From Callorhinchus milii (taxonomy: Eukaryota), in contig NW_024704742.1 in NCBI RefSeq assembly GCF_018977255.1, positions 114,082,001 through 114,146,000 on the forward strand: a DNA stretch of 64,000 nt. Reading direction: 5' to 3'. The position numbers were made by a program, and so were the translations under genes. Below, one piece after another: positions 39,610-52,300 of the stretch. How positions within the stretch are numbered: position 1 is the stretch's first letter; each line of letters starts with the position of its first letter. Below the pieces are notes generated by a model that saw only the letters and a program-made list of their open reading frames with translations, made no database searches and had not been told where the DNA came from.

Positions 39610-40003
39610 GCTCCACTGGTTCCCCATCACCGAATGGATCGACTTCAAGATCCTCACACTCGCATTCAAATCTCTTCACTCCCTGGCACCTCCCTACCTC
39701 TCCAACCTCCTCACTCCCCAGTCCACCACCCGGCGCCTCCGTCCTACTGGCACCGGCCTCCTGCTCATCCTCGCACCCTCTGCTCCACCATCAGAGGTCA
39801 CGTATTCAGCCACTACACCTCAAAACTCTGGAACACTTTCCCTCAATTCTTCTACCTTGACCCCTCTCTCCCTTTTTCAAGTCCCACCTGAAACCTTCCT
39901 CTTTGACCATGCTTATTGCCACCTGCCCCCTCCCCCCGCTCAAAATCAGGCTCTGAGATGCTACCCTGTGTGGAGGGTGCTATATAAGTGCAGGTTGTTG
40001 TTG
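39610..40003 (+). mobile_element. L2 3' fragment
   Basis: CTCCACTGG (LHW), TTCAAGATCCTC, CTCTGGAAC motifs and a (TTG)n tail. Confidence 0.8.
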
Positions 40004-40721
40004 TATATGCTCCATTTTTTCAAGAAAATACAAATCTTGCACATTTGACAGCACTGTAAATAGCACGATGATGAAAAATATAATCAAATCTGTCAGTGAG
40101 GCTGCAAAAAGCTTGTAGAGTTACTCTAAGCAGCAACTTGGAATGAACAGTAAAGCTGCTTTTATTTAAACACGCATGTACAGATAATCTTGGAAAAGAT
40201 TTGACTCCATCCAAACCTTGTGCGCACTCTGTCAAATCTCACAGGTCCATTACAAGCCTCAAGGGCTCAGCTATAAACCCATAAGATTGTTAAAGGTCCA
40301 AATGCTGTTTGAAGTAACCAATTAACAAAGTCACACTGATATACCTTTAAGCCACTAGTTTCCATGGTGACTGAGTGAGGAACATAAATGTTTTTTACAT
40401 CAATCGGGAAATGACAAGGTTGACTGCACTTTTACACTCCTGTGAGAGTATTGCTAAGCAAACTATTTATCGGAGGGAATCACGTTTACTTCACAACACT
40501 TAAATGGAATTACCAAGGAGGGAGTTGCATTCCTGTTTTTGTAGTCTGTAGTTCCATGTGATATTTTAGATTGAATGCATAGTCACAAATTTTTATAGCA
40601 CAGGAGCCCATTTCTGTAGCTCCCCCACTGCATCTAAGTAGTTAATCCCATTCCCCTGCTCTTTTCCCCATACAACTGAATCTTTAAGTTTTGATCCAAT
40701 TCCATTTTAAATGCTGTTACA

Positions 40722-41035
40722 ATAATAATAATCTGTGAATTTGAGATAGCACCTTTTACATCAGGAAGACATCTCAAAGTGCTTCACAGGATTTCCTTTA
40801 AAGTGTAGTGACTGTATTTTTTAGGCAAATGCATAGCCAATTTGTACACAGCATTGTCAGCCACGAAGTGAATTGTTGGCCAGGACACCAGGAAAAGCTC
40901 CCTTCTCTTTTTGAATAGTGCAAATAAATATTTAACATCCATTGTTAATAGGTAGAAGTGATCTTAATTTAATGTCTAGTATAACGGACAGCACTTTTAA
41001 CAATGTAGCACGGCACTATTGGAATGTCAGCCGAC
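40722..41035 (-). mobile_element. Old Deu-domain SINE
   Basis: Shared tail and body motifs. Similar copies at about 41805-41995, 45195-45540 and 51495-51745. Confidence 0.65.
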
Positions 41036-42159
41036 AAAGTGAGATTCATCAGTTGTGTATTATCTTTCCCCAGTTCAACTGGGGAAGGACAATATAGCAA
41101 ACACAGTCTTAAATAAACACGTGATCTAGACCTTATGCTCTCACCCAAAGAGATCAGGAAAAATAACGTTTCCTCAGTGTCTATGTGCGTGAGTGAAATT
41201 GTGATGAAATTCTCAACTAAATGAACACATCGTATTTGTAGTATCATAATATGTATGATAGCAAGTGGTAACTGTAAATTTAGTTCAGCTTCATAAATGG
41301 AAATGAATGAGTGGAGTATAAAAACTGCAATACATGCTCATAAATACAGTAACCCCAAAAAATTAAAAACTCAATAGAAGAGCCAATTATAGAATTTTAT
41401 AATACACAGTTAATTGGTAGCTCTTCATTAGAACAATCTGTCTAGTCCCACTAGAGTGCCTTTTCCCAATATTCTTTTACATGATCTACTTTAACAATCA
41501 TTCTGTTCCACTTACTCACTAAACAGAGGGGGGGGGGAAAGTGTTTTCTAATTTCAGTGAAACTTCTAAATGTTATACTTGTGTCCTCACAGACATAGAT
41601 ACATAACCAGCTTTGACCTATTTTATCCATACCATTTAGCATTTTAATTTTAATCTTAATTACATTTTGTCAAGTGTGTATTAGAAGTGAGAAGTTTTTC
41701 CTATTCTTTTGTATGAAGATTCAAGTTCTTAGGTACAAACTGAAATTCAGGTGCAGTTATACATGCAAGTTTATTTAGGCCGAGGGGAGCAGGGGCCTAG
41801 AAGAAAACAAGAACTTGCAAACTTGCATTTCTTATAGTGCCTTATCATATGAAAATGTCTCACAATGCTTCTCAGATAATTACTGTCACATGTAGTGATT
41901 ATTTTTGTAGGCAGATGCAGCAGCTATTTAAGCCAACAAGGTTCCACAAACAGACATGACGTGAACGACCAATTAATCTGGAAGATTGTTACCAGCTACA
42001 TTTTAACCATTGATTTCCCTTTGGGGTTTTAAACAAATTTATTTTAATTTTTTTCTATTATACCTAGCAAGAAGAAGAATTCTAATTTCTAATGATGAAT
42101 ATTTGACAAAAGGAGAAAAAAACGATGTGTGTGATGTGATACATATTAGATGTGTTTTT

Positions 42160-42666
42160 TATTTGGTCAGCTGGGTGACACATGCAGAAATCCATCACCC
42201 TGCTTTTGTGTATCCAAACCAGACAAAGGTTCCATGCATCCCACCTACAACATGAAAATTCCCATATTTGGAATAGAATGCACACTTTCACCCCAGAGTG
42301 ATGAATCCTATTTACCTAATTCCAGGAAAGTGTGAGACACAAATGGGCAAAAACCAAGGTTTGGAGACCCCAGACTGTGTGTTGAGATACTGCTGGAATT
42401 CAACTAGCTTAAAACCACACAGTTAGCCATTGAGAGCACCGTCTGGCAACCTTCCCATTGCTTGTCCAGATCAGACTGTAAGAGCTTAGGCTTGCAGGAT
42501 TAACAGGGCCTGAATAGGATGAATCTCTGCCCCAGTTATTGGTCAGTCCCTCTAAATCCTACTGATGAGGAGGCTGGTTGGTTTGTCGTCAATAGTGCCC
42601 TGGAATACTATGGACCTGTCTGGCACAGAAATTGGGCTACTGCCCCCGCTACAGAGGGTTGACTCA
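42160..42666 (-). repeat. Unclassified dispersed repeat, piece 3, interrupted by CR1 and resuming at about 43834-43890
   Basis: Reverse complement aligns with 52430-52945. The 43834-43890 segment aligns with 52372-52430. Confidence 0.75.
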
Positions 42667-43833
42667 ATCATAGAATCATAGAATCATAGAATTGTACAGC
42701 ACAAAAAGAGGCCATTCAGCCCATTGAGTTTGTGCCGGCTCTTTGAATAGAGCAATTAATGTCAATCCCACTCCCCAGCCCTTTCCCCATAACCCTGCAA
42801 ACCCGTCCTCCTCAAATACCCATCCACCGTGTTTTTAAAAGTAGTTATCGAATCGGCCTCGACCACCCTTTCAGGCAATGTGTTCCAGATTCGAACAACT
42901 CGCTGCGTGAAAAAAATTCTTCTCACCTCCCCGCTGCTCCTTTTAGATACTATTTTGAATCTGTGACCTCGAGTCACCGACACACCCACCAGTGGAAACA
43001 GTTTTTCTCTTTCTAACCTATCAAATCCCCTCATGATTTTGAAAACCTGTATTAGGTCTCCTCGTAACCTTCTCTGCTCCAATGAGAATAATCCTAACAT
43101 CTCCAGCCTTTCCTCATAATCAAGGTCCCTCATTCCTGGTACCATTCTCGTAAATCTCCTCTGCACCCTTTCCAATGCCTTAACATCCTTCCTATAGAGT
43201 GGTGCCCAGAACTGGGCGCAGTATTCTCACTGAGGCCTAACCAGTGTTTTTTATAGGTTAATCATAACCTCCTGACTCTTGTACTCTATGCCCCTATTTA
43301 TAAAGCCTAGAATCCCATTTGCCCTTTTTACAGCCTTATCTACCTGTCCTGCCACCTTCAAGGATTCATTTACCTACACCCCTAGGTTTCTCTGTTCTTT
43401 TACCCCCCTTAGATTGTATTACCTATCCTATATTGCCTCCCCTCATTCTTTCTACCAAAATGCATTACTTCGCATTCCTCTACATTGAAACTCATCTGCC
43501 ATGTGTCTGCCCATTTTACCATTCTGTCTATGTCTTCCTGCAGTTGGCTCTTATCCTTCTCACTGTTTACCACCCTACCTAACTTTGTGTCGTCCGCAAA
43601 CTTGGAAATGGTGCTTGCTATACTCAAGTCCAGATCATTTATGTATATTAAGAAGAGCAGTGGTCCTAATACCGATCCCTGGGGGACGCCACTGTACACT
43701 TCCCTCCAATCAGAAAAGCAGCCGTTCACCACAACTTTCTGCTTTCTGTCTTCCAGCCAGTTCTGGATCCATGCTGCCACTCTCCCTTTTATACCATGGG
43801 CTCCTATCTTTCTTACAAGTCTTTCATGTGGCA
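42667..43833 (-). mobile_element. CR1 LINE, 5'-truncated, about 1.2 kb
   Basis: ORFs with [39 protein letters not shown] and TRGHRFK. (ATTCTATG)n octamer tail. Confidence 0.97.
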
Positions 43834-45924
43834 GTCTTGACATTCTTTTGCCAAGCACGTTACCTTGAAGCCAGCTCCAAGGAGACCACCTTACAACCTC
43901 CTCAAATAGAATAGTCACTAGTTGCTCAATAAAGTAATAGACCACAAAGTATATAGAGTATTTAGACCATGTTGATGTGGTCTGAGTTTCAGATGCTGTA
44001 AATTGAAATGATAATGGTGTCACTTGAAAAGTCAAAATCTCATTTTAAAAACGAAATTTGTCCAACAGATCGAATTAAGGACCTCATCCTACTTTTGTGA
44101 CTTAATCTCAGTGGGGCTCGGAGAAATGATGACCCACATTCAGTCATGGAGAGCAGCGTAAATCAGATGGCATGAATTGTCCAAAGTGACTTCTGTACTT
44201 CTAACAGTCAATTCCACTCATGGTGAAAATGTTAATAGTCTAGATAAGAGTAAGCTCTACTTGAAAGCACATCTGCTCTTTAAATGGGGCTAAATGTTTG
44301 ATCAGAAAAATTATTCTTTTTGAAAGTAAACCATCAGCAGGCTCCACAGGATGAACAGGTCTCCTCCTGTTCATGTTCCTATCTTCTCTTCAGATATCCA
44401 CGCAGATGGCAATGGGCAGGAAACCAAACTATGGAAGCAGTCAAGTGCTAGCTAGCTAGCTAATGAGGTTTACAGTTGCTATCAATGTGCTGATTGTATT
44501 GTATTCAATAGGTTTTTGTGCTTTAGGAATACCATTTCAAAGGTCAGATAGTAACAGTTGAAAGGTGATCAATATCAGATCAATTTCTTACATAACCAAG
44601 ATTGTTCCTATTCCATTTAAGAATAATAATATTAATTACATGGAATAACAAAATATTCCTCATAATTGTTAGTCTTCAAAAAATATATAAATATATTCAG
44701 CTCATCAGACCCATCAAACCCATACTGTTACAGACCATTTGATGGCATTGTGCACTGCTACCTCCCATTTTCCCACATCCCTACCTGTATCTATCAATGT
44801 CTTTCATGCCCCATTGATTTTTCAACTACGCCTTTCTTGTGCAATGCATTCCAAATTGTTAGCACTCTTTGCAAGAGCAAAATCATCCTCATCTCAGAAC
44901 TAAGCAGTTTTGCATTAATTTTAGTAATAACAACTGGCAATTCTAAAATTCCTGTCACGTAGGGTAACATCTCAGAGAGCTTATTAATAATAATATCCCT
45001 TGCATTTTATAGTTTCTTGCTGTGCCATCAAGACACTTCAAACCACCTCACAAGATTTACAGTAGAGTGCAGTGATTGTATTTGTAGGTGAGCATATATT
45101 TTAGGATGGATAGATGTGATAACTGAGAATTAGAAACATTAAAGATTATGGTGAGAAGGCAGGGAATTGGGATAAGGAAAACGTTTCTAAATATAATGCT
45201 TGAATTTGATATAGAGCCTTTCAGATTTCAAAACGCTTCAGTATACATATTGTAAAGTGTAGTGATTTCTTTTTTTTTGGTGAACATGGCAGCCAATTCG
45301 CACACAGTAATCCTGCACAAACAGCCATGAAGTGAATGACCAATTTTATCTGGGAGGATTGTTGGCCAGCACACCATAGAAACTCCCTTCTTTTTCTCTT
45401 TAACGTCCATCTGAACAGGCTGACAGGCCCTCAGTTTAATATCTCATCTGAAGTACAGCACTTAAAACAATATAGCATACCCCCAGCACTCCAGACTATA
45501 TTAGATCAAAGTTCCAATGTGTGGGTTGACCAATACAATTGACTGCCATTCCCTGGGAAGCTCTTTCAGATGTCTTGGTGTCATATCAGACGTACGTATT
45601 ATTTATATGGTCTTGTGCTGCACTGTGTTAGAGGCACCTTTACAAGGGATCTGAAATCCAAAGAGTTAATAAAGTTCCTTGACTGCAAAGTTGCTCCAAA
45701 AATGAGAACATTTATCAGAACAGCATATTTTTCAATAATTAAACTTAAAGAGCGAAACACTGTAGCAGCTATATATTAGTTAAAAAACCATTGTTTTTGC
45801 CCTTTTATCACCCTTGTTATTTCAAAAGCGACTCCTTGAGTCTCAGAGATGAGACTTGAAGATTGTGAGCATTGTGTTTCATTTAAACAGATGGAAAAAT
45901 ATAAATCTTGCCCAATTCAATAAT

Positions 45925-46270
45925 CAGTGCCTGGAAAATCTAAAAAAAATCAGTTTTCGACTCAAATAAAATGTCACCACATGTTGTAACTGCACTGGAC
46001 AATCAACAATAGATTAATTACTCACTTGTTTCGCCCACTTTATGGGTGAAGTTTGTGACATTTCATAACAGATTTTATCATCTTACATGTTATGAAATGT
46101 TACATTTTTTAAATTATATTCTTTATCTCAAACTGAAACAAGGAATGCATAATAGTAATTATAGACACAAAAGCAGATTCAAGCAAAGGACCCTGCAGAG
46201 ATTTTTTNCATATGAGATACCCCATTAAAATCTTAATGGTTCCACTCATCTCAGCTTATTTTCAAGCATT
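45925..46270. repeat. Dispersed repeat, possible non-autonomous hAT-like element, copy 2
   Basis: Aligns with 24168-24436 and has two extra internal segments. Contains the single N at 46208. Confidence 0.65.
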
Positions 46271-46334
46271 AATTTATTTTTGGTACATGTGAGTGTTCAC
46301 TTGTGAGGAATAGTAGAATTAAAGGAATTAATGC

Positions 46335-46610
46335 CTTAAAAGTCACATAGTCCTGGTCTTAAGATCACTTGCCTTAACAATTTAGAATTTAGAGTAGCAA
46401 TGAGCAATTTCAGGACAGATACCAGGAAGTGTTTCCTTACCCAGAGGGTAATTAATGACTGGAATTGATTGCTAGGAAGGATGGTTAAGGCTAGAACACT
46501 GGACTCATTTAAAAAGCAGCTTAATGCTATCATGGGAGGACAGTAGGGCGGCTATTCTGGAGGGATGAGATCAGATGGGCCAATGAGCTTTCTTCATCCA
46601 GACTCATTTG
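46335..46610 (+). mobile_element. CR1 3' fragment
   Basis: TTCCTTACCCAGAGGGTAATTAATGACTGGAAT (FTQRV..WN-like) followed by a CR1-type 3' UTR. Confidence 0.7.
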
Positions 46611-48180
46611 GGGATCTTGTAAACTGTGATCTTGAAAACTGGCTTCAAATTAAGACTGAAGTTAAGAATTTTCTAAAATCCTGCAAGAGCTTATGTTTTT
46701 AGACAGTGGTCTTCAGGCTAAGGCCGTGAGAAATGAGAAGCCTCAAATCTTTCCATTATTAGGATATTTTACTGTATTCTAATTTTCTAATTATAACATT
46801 CATTTTAAGTGAACAGTGCAGTGTCTGTGTTAACAAATGAGTTCTATCCAATAAAATTCTATAAAATCCTGCTCTATTATGCAGGAAAAAGGAATGATAT
46901 TAAGGGGGCTTTTCTACAGCAAATCCTTAAACCGTAGTAGCATGCAAAAATATTTTAGCCATAAAGGCAATTTATGCAGCTGGTTGATTGTTATAAACAG
47001 CAACAACATTGGTGAAAAAATTCTCCTGTGTGAAAACAAATGTACTCATTTTAGCACAAGGTCTGGCAAAGGTCTTAAAAACCAAACCTGTTTTTTCCAT
47101 TTGTCAGTGCAAAATGTTTCCAGTTGCACCCAAAGTACTCAACCTCCATAAAACCTCCACCCAGACTCTCAAGTTTACTTTAATATATTGCTCTCTAAAG
47201 GCTGAGAAATTGGAACAAAGCCTAGACCGCCTTTACATGGGGGTAATTTGAGTCAAATTAACCACCGTGCCTGCTTTGCCCTCTGCTTCTGAGAAGTGAC
47301 TTTGATTTCTAAAATAACAAAACTCTGATTTGATAAATGAAGATGCCTCTCTATCACCACTGCTCCTCTCCACGGAACAGTAGCTATAGACTGGGCAGCC
47401 GTGTCATGTGACGCTAAATCAACAGTATTGAGTGGCATCAACATAACTTATACCACGTTGTAAAATGTTATGTTATTTTAAAATCTTTTCCACCAGGCAA
47501 TTGGACAGAAAGCACGATTTATATTCCAGACCAGGGACGTACTTTGAAAGCAGAAATTCTGGCTGCAGTTAGTTCATTGTGGGATGATCTTGTTTGTTTT
47601 GCCAACCAAATTGCCAGGTGTTCCAGATTTATTATTTATTATTCATGCCCTTAAAGTTATATGAAGATAAAAAAATCAATTTGTAATTTAAAGCCAGAAA
47701 AATATGTAAATATTACAGAATTCACAGTATGCTGGAGTGCAATGGAAGGTTTCTTACTATCTACATAACTTTAGATGATGTACATTAAAACAAACAAAAT
47801 ACTAAAAGCTTTTTATTTCAAATCACCAACTTTTTTTCTATCCATACAAAACACTGTGGTAAACCTTAAGTTCTCAAAAATAGGAAATAAGATTTCAAAA
47901 CATCTTTCACATTTTGAGGTTGAAAATGCAACAGTCAGACACTGCACTAAAGGTGTAAGATTCCACTAGTCTTAGCCTATAGGACCATTTTGCCTTAAAA
48001 TTGAAGATCGCAGATTCAATAATTGTGGATTATCTCTTACATTATGTAATACTTTGAAAGCTAGTTGCTTTTTAAGATCGACAGAAAACCAGCTTCCAAA
48101 TTAGGACAAAATTTTAAGTTTCCACACAATTTTGTGTGATTTTCCATTTGAGTGTGACTTCTATGTTCTAACCACTGAGA

Positions 48181-48482
48181 CCTATAGCTCAGTGGTTAGG
48201 GCACTTGCCTCGCAAGCAAGAGACCTGGGTTTGATTCCCAGCACAGCAAAACCTTGGGCAACTTTCCTTACCCACTCACCTCATAATAATCCCTCAAAAA
48301 AAAACAATAATAAAAAATTGGTTACGTCAATCCACGATTGTTTGTGGGACACTGTTGTGTGCAATTGTCTGCTGCGTTTTGCCCACAAATACTTTACAGT
48401 ATATTCTGTGAAGCACTTTGAGACATCTAGAAGACGTGAAAAGCACTACATCAAATGCAAGAATTATTATTTATTATTATTT
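48181..48482 (+). mobile_element. tRNA-Ala-derived SINE, short form with CGC anticodon
   Basis: A and B boxes, TAGAA-loop hairpin and AT-rich tail. Confidence 0.88.
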
Positions 48483-50346
48483 TAAGACAAAGTTATCTTG
48501 TAGGTTAAGACCAGATAGAATGTTGGGCCTTAATCACAACTTCTGATTTGCAACTGAAATTGGGGGGGTTCAAAAGTTGTTTTACGGCTGATGTTCAGCT
48601 TTATAATTTTTTTGTAAGACACAAAATGACCTGATAGTTGGAATTATGATTTCAAGTTTGCAATTGTAGCCAGTGTTTTGAAAGTAACTTTTTGTTTAAC
48701 AAAACATCTATTTTCTATGATATATCTACAAATCTGTTACTCAGCCCACTGCAAATGCTAAATTATTTAACCAGAATGAATTGGCAACAAGCTCGGAGCA
48801 TTCACCGAAAGTAGAAACTTTTCATTTATATTGCTTTAAGAAACTGTCCTAAAAAGTATTGGAGCAATGACGTAGATAGACTTAGTGAGTTTGAATGTTA
48901 ACCTGTAAACTTTTGTATGCCACATATTAAAGTAATATTTCTCATTATGAAATGAAGACATCAGATAAGAGATCACGACAAGGAATAAAATTATTGAGAA
49001 GGGAATAACATTATTTGTTTCTTTTCCAACATAGTACAAAATACCGCTTTTCTGTGCCAAGAGAACTGTTAAAATATAGAATGATTTACCACAAAAAGCT
49101 GCTGAAGCCTGGTCCATAAATTGCATTTAAAATGATATTGGAGAAGTACTTTGCGCAAAAAAAATTACAGGTAATTGGGAAAGAGAATAAGTTTAGACCA
49201 GATAGCTCCAGTGAGGGAAGCTTACACCAGCAGAGACACAATAGGTCAAATGGCTTCCTTCTGTTCTGCAAAATGTCTACAATACTATCCATCACATTAC
49301 TGACATGTTTTGCTAGGTTTCTGTCCTGTCTTCTCGGTTCATCAGTAAAACAATTCAATTGAAAGCAAGAAGTGCAAACCTTTGACTAAAAAATGCAACA
49401 AACAGGTGAGATTCTATTTTATACACAGTAAGCACTGTTAACTGTAATGAGTATAGCAGTGATATAATGAGAACGACAACAACAACAAAAACTTGCATTT
49501 ATATAGGACCTTTACGGCATCCCAGAGCACTTGATATCAATCCATAAAGTCACAATGTACAAAATAAGCTTTTTGTATTTGATAGTAATGCCATCAAAGT
49601 GGAGTGGTGGCAGCCTTCTGTTTACATCTGAAATTTGTGCTTACTGTGCTGGGCCCCATTTGTACAAGGATAGACATGGTGGTGATGCATGAAACAAAAC
49701 ATTTTCAAGAGATAAGGTAAATAAAGCAGGACTGCTAGCAAAGACTATCTTAAATTTAAAGCCCACATCTCGGAATTAAACAATACGCCCTCTCCCCAAT
49801 ATTTATAGAATTATCAGACAAAATTGACCATAAAACGCTTGCTTTGTCTGTGCTGTTTAATAAACAGTTGAATGATGAAAAGAGATAAACCAACTAAAAC
49901 GGTGTGGGGGATAAGACAGCCCAAATGCCCAACGAAGAATGTTCACCCTCAATCTCCAAATCTTGGTTTCTGTACCAAACCAAGAGTGCTGAGCTGTGTG
50001 AGCTGAGCCAAGACTACTGACCTGTGATTGAGGTCAGTTAATTCATAATGGAGCTGGAACACATATCTTACTATGTGTCTGATGGATATTGTCACAGTGC
50101 CACACAGGTTGAATGCCACAACATTCCAAGACCAGTCCACACATTGCAGGTTATTGAACATGTGTCCAGTGGTAATCTATAAATTAGTATGCAGGCTTCT
50201 TGGAAAATCTCTAAGTCCACTTAGCACTGATTTTAATCATTGGCATGAAACTACACATTCTGCCAATAACAACCTGCAAGCCACATGCCTAATTGTATGT
50301 TTAGGCTTACAGGATAGCATGAAAGATATTGATAACTAGAGACAAA

Positions 50347-50535
50347 TAACTAACAGAGTGGTGTAGCAAAAAACAATATCTATAACAGGGTGGCATGGCA
50401 GAGATTGATAACTATTACAGGGGGGCATTGCAAAGACCGATAACTAACAGGGTGGCATGGCAGAGACTGAGTGATAACTAACTCAGTGGTGTGGCAGAGA
50501 TTGATAACCAATAGAGTGGCCCGAAGTGTTTGATA
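50347..50535. repeat. Minisatellite, about 6 degenerate units of about 30 bp
   Basis: Repeated ATAACTAACAGGGTGGCATGGCAGAGAYTG-like unit. Confidence 0.8.
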
Positions 50536-51963
50536 ATCAATACGGAGACGGCTCTTTCTATACTTTCTGCTATTCCACCCCCACACCCATTGCCAGCTCT
50601 TCACTTCATGTACAATTCATGTATCACAAAAACACAGCACAAGTGGAAGAAGTATTTAAGGTTAATACAAAACCCTCTCTAAAGTTTCTGACAATAAATA
50701 CTAATGACTTGTATTCTGAGCTGTTTCACTGTTTGTTGATGCAAATAATGGTGCTGAAATCTTCTCAAAGCTCATTTGCACGTAGAAAAATCTGTCAGAT
50801 ATTGTAATTGGAATTAAGAGACAAATTAGCACTCTCTAACTTTGATCTAAATATTGCATCCAACATCAGCAACTGACCTAAATGACTCAGATTCATAAAT
50901 ACGTTTATCTTTAGCATGGAAAACAAGCCATATTTCATAGTTTGAGCACTGGTGTGACTCATTGCTCAGAGTAAAGTGATGAGAGCTTTAGCCCGCCGAA
51001 ATGCTCACTGCGTTAAGGGCTATATAAATGCAAGTTGTATTTGTTGAGAGAATACAGGCTTGAGTTACACTGACATCTTGATACCACTCTTGCCCTGGGC
51101 TGTGTGGAAGTAAAGTGCTATGTTATTCTTAACAGACTTATAATAATAAATAATAATCCTTACATTTCCACGTATCATGTTGGAAGGACTTTTTAAAGCG
51201 CTTAAAAGATATAATGTAAAGTGTATTTTGTCGGCGATTACATGGTGTTCAATTATGAAATAAAAAATTTCTGAATCAGGGAGAACACAAATTTCAACGT
51301 TCACCCAAAGATCCAGCTCAGAAAAAACATTAAAACAAAAGCCCCCGAAACAAGAAACTTTGGCCTGTTGTTTCAAGGCTGTAAACCCAAGATGGCAACA
51401 GATCAGGTTTAAAACCCGAGCCAACATTCACTGAGGGGGACACGATCACTTTGCGACCATTCATTGTATTACAACAGGTTTAGTGCGAAAGTATAATAAA
51501 AATCCCTGCATTTGATTTAGTGCCTATAATGTTAAACATCTCAAAGTATCTTGAAAAATGTAGCGATTAAGTGATTAAGTGTTTGTAGGTGAACGTGCAC
51601 AGAGCAATGTCGCACAAACAGCTATGAAGTGATGACCAATTTTATTTGGGGGATTGTGGACCAGGACAGGAGAAGAAACTCCCTTCTCTTTTTCAATTGT
51701 GTCATGGGATCTTGAAGCTTAGTCTGAACTTTGATTTAATGTCAATGGTTATCAGAGGGAAAACATGGATTAGCAACTAACGCAAAGGAAGGAAGCAGAG
51801 AGTTGTCATAAAGGGGATTAGCTTGAAATGGGTTCCTCAAAATCCCATGCTAGAAATACTCTGCTCCTAGTCTACATAATTGATCTTGACCAGAAATCTC
51901 TATGCTGTTAAATTCAAAATTCTCCGATAAAGAATCATAGTTTATCCAGTCATCCTCTCATTG

Positions 51964-52300
51964 TGGAGTCCTGTAGCTCAGTGGTTAGAGCACTCGCTTT
52001 GCAAGCGAGAGACCTGAGTTCAATTCCAGGCAGGGCGAAACCTTGGGCAAGTTTCCTTACTCCACACAGAGCCTAATAATAATCCCTCCAAAAAAACCAA
52101 AAAAAAACAATAATAAATTGGTCATTTTCAATCTACGACTGTTTGTGGGACATTGCTGTGCGCAATTGGCTGCCGCGTTCGCCCACAAATATACAGTCAA
52201 TTCACTTTGCAGTATGTTCTGTGAAGCGCTTTGGGACGTCCTCCCGATGTGAAAAGCGCTATATCAAATGCAAGGATTATTATTATTATATTATATTATT
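51964..52300 (+). mobile_element. tRNA-Ala-derived SINE, young short subfamily
   Basis: Intact A and B boxes, TGC anticodon, CTCCC-loop hairpin and (TTA)n tail. Confidence 0.93.

Noticed and set aside
48841..48890. CPKKYWSN peptide resembling the class C GPCR cysteine-rich domain
   Set aside because: Only a few residues match, the flanking cysteines are misplaced, and a stop follows shortly.
50347..50535. CRISPR-like array
   Set aside because: Units are contiguous and degenerate with no unique spacers, there are no cas genes, and the context is eukaryotic.
51965..52036. tRNA-Ala(TGC)-like sequence as a real tRNA gene
   Set aside because: It runs directly into the SINE body, has no convincing acceptor stem or Pol III terminator, and occurs in many diverged copies.
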